From: Cetorhinus maximus
Taxonomy: Eukaryota
Assembly: GCF_964194155.1 (NCBI RefSeq)
Contig: NC_135907.1
Coordinates: forward strand, 22,382,001-22,446,000
Reading direction: 5' to 3'
Length of the DNA: 64,000 nucleotides
The translations under genes were made by a program, and so were the position numbers. This document shows, piece after piece, positions 58,054 to 64,000 of the stretch (positions are counted from its first letter, which is position 1; each line of letters starts with the position of its first letter). The notes under the pieces were generated by a model, which saw only the letters and a list, made by a program, of their open reading frames with translations, did not search any database and was not told the origin of the DNA.

Positions 58054-59365
58054 GAAAAACTCAGCAGGTCTGGCAGCATCTGCGGAGAGGAACACAGTTA
58101 ACGTTTTGAGTCTGTATGACTCTTCAACAGAACTAAGGAAAAATAGAAAAGAGGTGAAATATAAGCTGGTTTAAGGGGGTGGGTGGGACAGGTAGAGCTG
58201 GATAGAGGGCCAGTGATAAGTGGAGATAGCCAAAAGGAAAAAGAGGTGTTGAAGGTGGTGCTATTATCTAAGGAATGTGCTAATTAAGGGTAGAAAGCAG
58301 GACGAGCAAGGTACAGATAGCCCTAGTGGGGGTGGGGTGAAGGAATCAAAATAGGCTAAAAGGTAGAGGTAAAACAATGGATGGAAATGCATTTAAAAAT
58401 AATGGAAATAGGTGGGAAAAGAGAAATCTATATAAATTATTGGAGAAAAAAAACTGCAGAAGATGCAACACCTGCCCCTTTACTTCCCCTCTCCTCACCG
58501 TCCAAGGACCCAAACACTCCTTTCAAGTGAAGCAGCATTTCACTTGCACTTCCCTCAATTTAGTCTACTGCATTCGCTGCTTCCAATGTGGTTTCCTCTA
58601 CATTGGAGAGACCAAACGCAGACTGGGTGACCGCTTTGCAGAACACCTTCGGTCTGTCTGCAAGCATTACCCAGACCTCCCTGTTGCTTGCCATTTCAAC
58701 ACTCCACCCTGCTCTCATGCCCACATGTCCGTCCTTGGCCTGCTGCATTGTTCCAGTGAAGCTCAACGCAAACTGGAGGAACAGCACCTCATCTTCCGAC
58801 TAGGCACTTTACAGCCTTCCGGACTGAATATTGAGTTCAACAATTTCAGATCATGAACACTCTCCTCCATCCCCACCCCCTTTCTGATATCCCCGCCCCC
58901 CCTTTTTTTCTAATAATTTATATAGATTTTTCTTTTCCCACCTATTTCCATTATTTTTAAATGTATTTCCATCCATTGTTTTATCTCTGCCTTTTAGCCT
59001 TTTTCGATCCCTTCACCCCACCCCACCCCCACTAGGACTATCTGTACCTTGCTCGTCCTGCTTTCTACCCTTAATTAGCACATTCCTTAGATAATATCAC
59101 CACCTTCAACACCTCTTTGTCCTTTTGGTTATCTCCACCTATCACTGTCCCTCTATCCAGCTCTACTTGTCCCACCCCCCCCCCCCTTAAACCAGTTTAT
59201 ATTTCACCTCTTTTCTATTTTTACTTAGTTCTGTTGAAGGGTCATTCGGACTTGAAACGTTAACTGTGTTCCTCTCCGCAGATGCTGCCAGACCTGCTGA
59301 GTTTTTCCAGGTATTTTTATTTTCGTTTTGGATTTCCAGCATCTGCAGTTTTTTTGCTTTTATTT
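58054..59365 (+). mobile_element. Penelope-like element: GIY-YIG endonuclease C-terminus with an inverted pseudo-LTR pair
   Basis: ORF 58377..58856: CxxCxxC, NLVYCIRC..CGFLYIGETKRRLGDRFAEH, GLN; 58054-58452 is the reverse complement of about 58903-59310. Confidence 0.92.
59227..59265 (+). ncRNA. Minimal hammerhead-like motif in the right Penelope pLTR (CUGUUGA variant)
   Basis: AGTT-CTGTTGA-A-GGGTC-attcg-GACTT-GAAAC-GTT-AACT. Confidence 0.55.
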
Positions 59366-59764
59366 TTGCTTTTAATTTTAAGTTGAGCCAATTGGTGGTC
59401 CTGCCACTGCCATATCGATCTTGGGTAGGTACACCCTCTGAAGTGGTGTGGCCTTTCTCAAGGGAAGTGTGGGAACCTTCATTGGTAAGGTCCATCATGG
59501 AGGGTCATGTTTCACTGTACCCAGTGGAATCTGCAATAAGTGTTATTCCTTTTGTACAGTGAAGTCTTGAGATTAATCAAAGCAATGTTCAAGCTGGTTA
59601 TTTGAAGTGAGCAACTCTGATCAAGTGCCTTTTTAAAAATTTGCAGGAGGGACGGGGTGGGTGTGGGGTGGTGAGGAGGGACATGCAGGAGGGGAGGAAC
59701 CTTAATGCTAAAACACATTGAGGGTTCAAAGTCCTCGATGAACAAGTTTCACAATTGAGGCAAA

Positions 59765-59890
59765 AGTGAAAAATACTCGAGATGCTGGAAATCACAACCA
59801 AATGCTGGAAAAACTCAGCAGGTCAGGCAGCCTCTGTGGAGAGAGAAACAGTTTAACATTTCGGGTCTATGACCTTTCTTCAGAGCTGAG
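59765..59890 (-). mobile_element. Older Penelope pLTR remnant with canonical CUGAAGA core
   Basis: Reverse complement reads ctCTGAAGAaaggtcatagacccGAAATgtt...gacctgctgagtttttccagc. Confidence 0.7.
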
Positions 59891-62116
59891 GCCTTGGTGG
59901 TTGAAATGGGACAGGGTGAAGCCAGTCTGGACATTGGAGAGGGAGGAGATGAGATGTTTGTAACCCTTTGTTTTTCAAATCCCGCCCTCCTGCCCTTGCC
60001 GCCCCCTAACTCTAACCTTCTCTAGTCTGGACTTGTACATTTTTTTCCTTCCTCCACCACCATTGTTTGTCTTCAGGTGTTTAGTCTCTGGAATTTACTC
60101 CTTAAATCTCTTCATATATTTGGCCCTCTTGACTTTGTTTGCTTTTGGTTACCTGTACTAAATCTTTCTTCCATAGAAATAGGAGCAGGAATCAGGTGCT
60201 ATGGTCTTGAACCTGCTCTGCCATTCGATGCAATCATGACTGATCATCTGCCTTGACTCCAATGTTTCCTGCCCCCTCAGGTTTCACCAAAATTAAAAAT
60301 GTGTTGATCAGTTTTGAATCTACTGAATGTTGCAACATCCACAGCCCCTCTAGGATAAGAGAATTCCCAAAATGTGTAGCAACCCTCTGAAGAAATTTCT
60401 ACTTGCCTTAGTCCTAAACAATCAGCCCCTTGTACTGAAGTGCTGTCTTGTGTTCAAGATTTCCCAACCAGTGGGAAAGGGCATCGATGGTGTTTAATGC
60501 TCCTGTGAAGCCAGTTGGGATGTTTTAATATTTAAGTGGTAGGGTGAAAAAGCTGCTGCGTAAACTATGTAACCATGCAACTGGCCATATTGGGAGCATT
60601 GTCATTGACCATTTGGCTTTTGCACTGGCTGGTATCGATTCAGTGCTCCCCATAAGGATTCAAATAATATTTATTCTGTTTAATGCTGTGGGTGCCACAC
60701 TAGGTGGCAGCCTTTTCTAACATTTAGCTGTGGTGCTTGACTTATAGCCATACAGTGCTCTCTTTAAGGTGAGCTCTTGTTTCAATCTAAATGGCATGTC
60801 TTGTATCTGTGACCCTTTACAGCAGCATTAAAACCAGCCCCCACTGTACACTGTTGCAGGAGATTAAGAAAAGTGAGATTGGACTGAGGAAATGCTGCTT
60901 CTGCACGGCCAACCTCAGCAGTATAAATCTGGAACTGATAAGATCTAGATGTGAATGGTGTTCAACTTGTGGTGCTGAAGTGACTAGCAAGATCTAGAAA
61001 CAATGGGGTTGACTAAAGGGGCTCATCTCAGACATGCCCAATAGAATCATTGGCTTTGAGCCAATCAGTCCATGCCAGCTCTCCACCTGGCCCTTGTCTA
61101 TTCTCTTGTAAGAAAGCTATCTCTTTAATGTTTAAGAAATTGCCTGAAATATTCTAATTTCTTTTTTCTGCTATCTTGATTTCCAACATGAACCCTTTAT
61201 TGTAATCTCTCTCTTGTGGAACACTTCACTATCTTTGCCTTCCAACCCTACCAACCACAGAACTGTAGCCGATTATTGAAATTGGGCCTCCAAAGCTTTT
61301 CCCTTTTCCAGTCACTCTCTTTCCTCAGTCAATTAATAATTCTGCTTCATATCTGGATCCATTGATCTCTCCAGAAGGTGCTTCTGAGCTTGATGGTAGA
61401 GCAGAGCCTGATAATTGAACCATCAGCATCAACTGTCACCTAAAGCTTAAGTTAGCAATTCCTGCAGTTGTGTCGATGTGGCCAGTGAGGTTTCTCTGCT
61501 TAGATATTTTACTGGTCTAAAAACACCAGATACATGTTTGTTGTGCACATTGTGTATACAACGTCTTCCTTTAGTTGGTGTGACTTCTGCATTGATGCAG
61601 ATTTATAATACTACATCCTCTGATCTAGGCTCCTCCAATCCTAGCCTCTTGTGCATCCCTTTTTTTGTATCTCACTGTTAGTGGCTGTGCCTTCAGTTGC
61701 CTTGGCCATCAGCTGTAAATCGTTTTTTTAAAAAGCCAAGCATTAAGCTTTATCTAAATGCCTCATGGCTGTGCCAAATTTTGTTAACACTCCTATGAAG
61801 CACTCTGGGGTATTTTAAACTGCAATGATGGCGCTATATACACGTAATGTTGAAATCTGATCTGGGTTTTTGAGGATGCCTGCAGTCGCTTTAGTGAAAG
61901 TGGCACATGCTTGTTATGCTAAATGTTGGATGGGATTTGGGAGAAACTTCACTGAGTGGTGAGAATGTGGAACTTGCTACCACAGGAAGTGGTTGAGGTG
62001 AATAGTATCAATACACTTAACAGGAAGCTAGGGAGACAGGAATATGCTGATAAGGTAAGATTAGCCTTGTGCTGTAAATTCTGTCAACTTTCCCCTTTTT
62101 TTTTTTGTCTTGACAG

Positions 62117-62263
62117 TTTTCCATCACGTTCCTTGGGGTGAAGTTTGAGATAAAGTTGCCTGACAATGTTATGGAGTTCCCTAACCGGTCTTCCATGGAT
62201 ACGATAACCTTCCTCGCTGTGCAGGGGGATGTTAGAGTGAAGTCCTTGAAATTTGATTATTGA
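62117..62263 (+). CDS. Galectin exon 4 (FSITFLGVKFEIKLPDNVMEFPNRSSMDTITFLAVQGDVRVKSLKFDY-stop); total 135 aa, galectin-1/2 group
   Basis: Acceptor tttgtcttgacag; KLPD...FPNR and GD..K..F motifs of galectin-1/2; TGA at 62261-62263. Not listed in the ORF track. Confidence 0.95.
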   Translation, partial: FSITFLGVKFEIKLPDNVMEFPNRSSMDTITFLAVQGDVRVKSLKFDY

Positions 62264-63149
62264 CATTCACCACTTGATTGAGGAATGGGTCTTCACGGAA
62301 AAGAATACTACCTGTTGGTTGGGGCAGGGGGTAGAGGTGGGAAAGGTTTTTCAACTCCACTATTTTCTAAACTACATTCCTGAACTACTTTCAACTGCCA
62401 TTTTCACATTTCCCAAATGGGAAGAGGTATGTCAAACTTTCCTCCTCTTTCCCCCTTGGATATGGGGCTAAGAGGATCTGCCTTTAATGCTCTTACTCAA
62501 CCCTTCCTATCCTATTTGTATATACATTGGCACCAAGGCCTGGATATAACCATGCCTCAAATATGGCCAATTCAGCTCCCTATAGAGAAGTCATTTGAGA
62601 CTTTACTAGTCCTGAGAAAAATAGCTAGGCTCTTATCTCCATAATCTCCCTTCAAACTGAACTGCATTGACACTGCAGGGACAAGTATTTACAAGAACTG
62701 ATCCAGTGCGAATGCTAAAGATTAGCCCCTTGTTCTCTATTAAACTGATCCCTGATTTTGTCTGGCAAACCTGATCTAGGCCCATGCAACTGCCTTCTTA
62801 GGGAGAGAGGACCGTTCCCAAAGATCAACTAATGTCTTGAAGTGAGGGGTTGTCATGGTGTCCATTAGCTGAGCAATATTTGCCCAAGAACATCTGGCAG
62901 TTAAACAGTTCACCTTAACTGAAGGCAGACTAACCATGAGGTGCACTAGTTAATGGGTTTCCACTGGCACAAACTAGTCTATGAATGAACTTGTGCCATT
63001 AAACCTTTCCCATTTTGGTGTTGGTGCACTGGTTCATTTCACTGTTCAGATGGCATTTTAATTTGGTCTTGTGAAAGCTTCAATCCTGGATGAATGGATT
63101 AATCACTAAAGAGCTGAAATCAAATAGTAAATCAACTTGTGATCTATTA

Positions 63150-63155
63150 AATAAA
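63150..63155 (+). terminator. Candidate galectin polyA signal
   Basis: AATAAA about 890 nt after the stop, followed by ctttgtgttg; ATTAAA alternatives lie upstream (about 62740, about 62998). Confidence 0.4.
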
Positions 63156-64000
63156 GTTTACTTTGTGTTGCATTGACTGATTCACTGCATTTTTTTTGCC
63201 ATGGTGGGCTTTCATTGCATTCTAACCAGGGCCTAGTCTCATGACTGACATTGAGCACCATTAGATTGTCAGGTTAATGTTCCCTAGATTGGAGTGAATC
63301 TCCTTCTTTTATGTCCATTAAACACATTGATTCACAGATGGCTGTTTCATCACCTGATTTAACCAAACACTAACACTTGCAGCAGCAGAATCCACCCTTT
63401 GGATCTAAACACATTACTTGGGGTTTCTATTGCAGAATCAGACCTTGGATCATGCCAAAATTTAACATCTAAATGGCATCAACCTCAAATTGCAGATTTT
63501 ACTTAATTGGTTAGGTCACTTGAGAAGAATTTACTACAAGTGAAGGACAAGCTGGTGGATTAGTGTAATGCATCAAGGAAAGGGTTATTTTCCATCTGCA
63601 TAGAGTACTAGATGTGAAAACCTTTTTTTAGTTTCCTTCTAACATCCATTGGATGATGACAAAATGGGAATGTAGGTGGTTCAAGTTAATCTAATGGCCT
63701 CACTCAGCTCACAGTTGCTGAAAAAGGCATTGAGCCGACAGTTGTGCATTTGCTGCTAGCCTGAGATTTTGGGAGAGCTGGAAAGAAACCTTCAATGAAA
63801 TGCCATTGTGCATATGGGAGCATTTGCTAGCTCACATCACCATGATAAACTGTAAATAATGAAGTCTGATTTTTTTCAGGGTTTGGAATCCCATTTCTTC
63901 AGCTGTGTGAAAATTGCAATTATCTACCAAATGCATAAATCTGAGGACCCCTTTAGAAGTACATCCATACAGGACATTCCAATGTCTAAAGAGGAATCTT

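Noticed and set aside
58377-58856. GIY-YIG nuclease ORF as a stand-alone or domesticated gene
   Set aside because: 5'-truncated Penelope ORF; its apparent N-terminus is read from the inverted pLTR arm.
36323-62263. In-frame ATP5MF-galectin read-through protein
   Set aside because: All ATP5MF introns are phase 1, whereas galectin acceptors are phase 0, 2 and 0; no direct in-frame fusion, and ATP5MF has a good polyA site.

Overview
Vertebrate genomic DNA, very probably a shark or other elasmobranch; this is inferred from the repeat content (HER1-like CR1 LINEs, Deu-type tRNA-SINEs, Penelope elements, GC-rich Harbinger-type MITEs). I reconstructed three spliced genes by hand from GT-AG sites and reading-frame phase. 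(1) Minus strand: coding exons 1-5 of an SH3BP1-type BAR-RhoGAP gene (20530 down to 950, continuing off the left edge). (2) Plus strand: a complete 4-exon ATP5MF gene (ATP synthase subunit f, 89 aa, 36323-40877). (3) Plus strand: a complete 4-exon prototype galectin of the galectin-1/2 group (135 aa, 49993-62263). The rest is mostly transposon-derived: a near full-length CR1 inside a four-layer nested insertion, many truncated LINEs and SINEs, solo-LTR-like pieces, MITEs with 3-bp target-site duplications (TSDs), minisatellites and a Penelope GIY-YIG fragment with inverted pseudo-LTRs (pLTRs). The most interesting points are hammerhead-ribozyme-like motifs with a recurrent CUGUUGA core variant inside galectin introns, the SH3BP1-ATP5MF-galectin gene order, a 270-bp near-perfect inverted duplication in SH3BP1 intron 1, and a CpG-saturated minisatellite in ATP5MF intron 2. 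I found no evidence of a wholly new multi-gene system. Comparisons with human genes are from memory and need checking; repeat boundaries are approximate.
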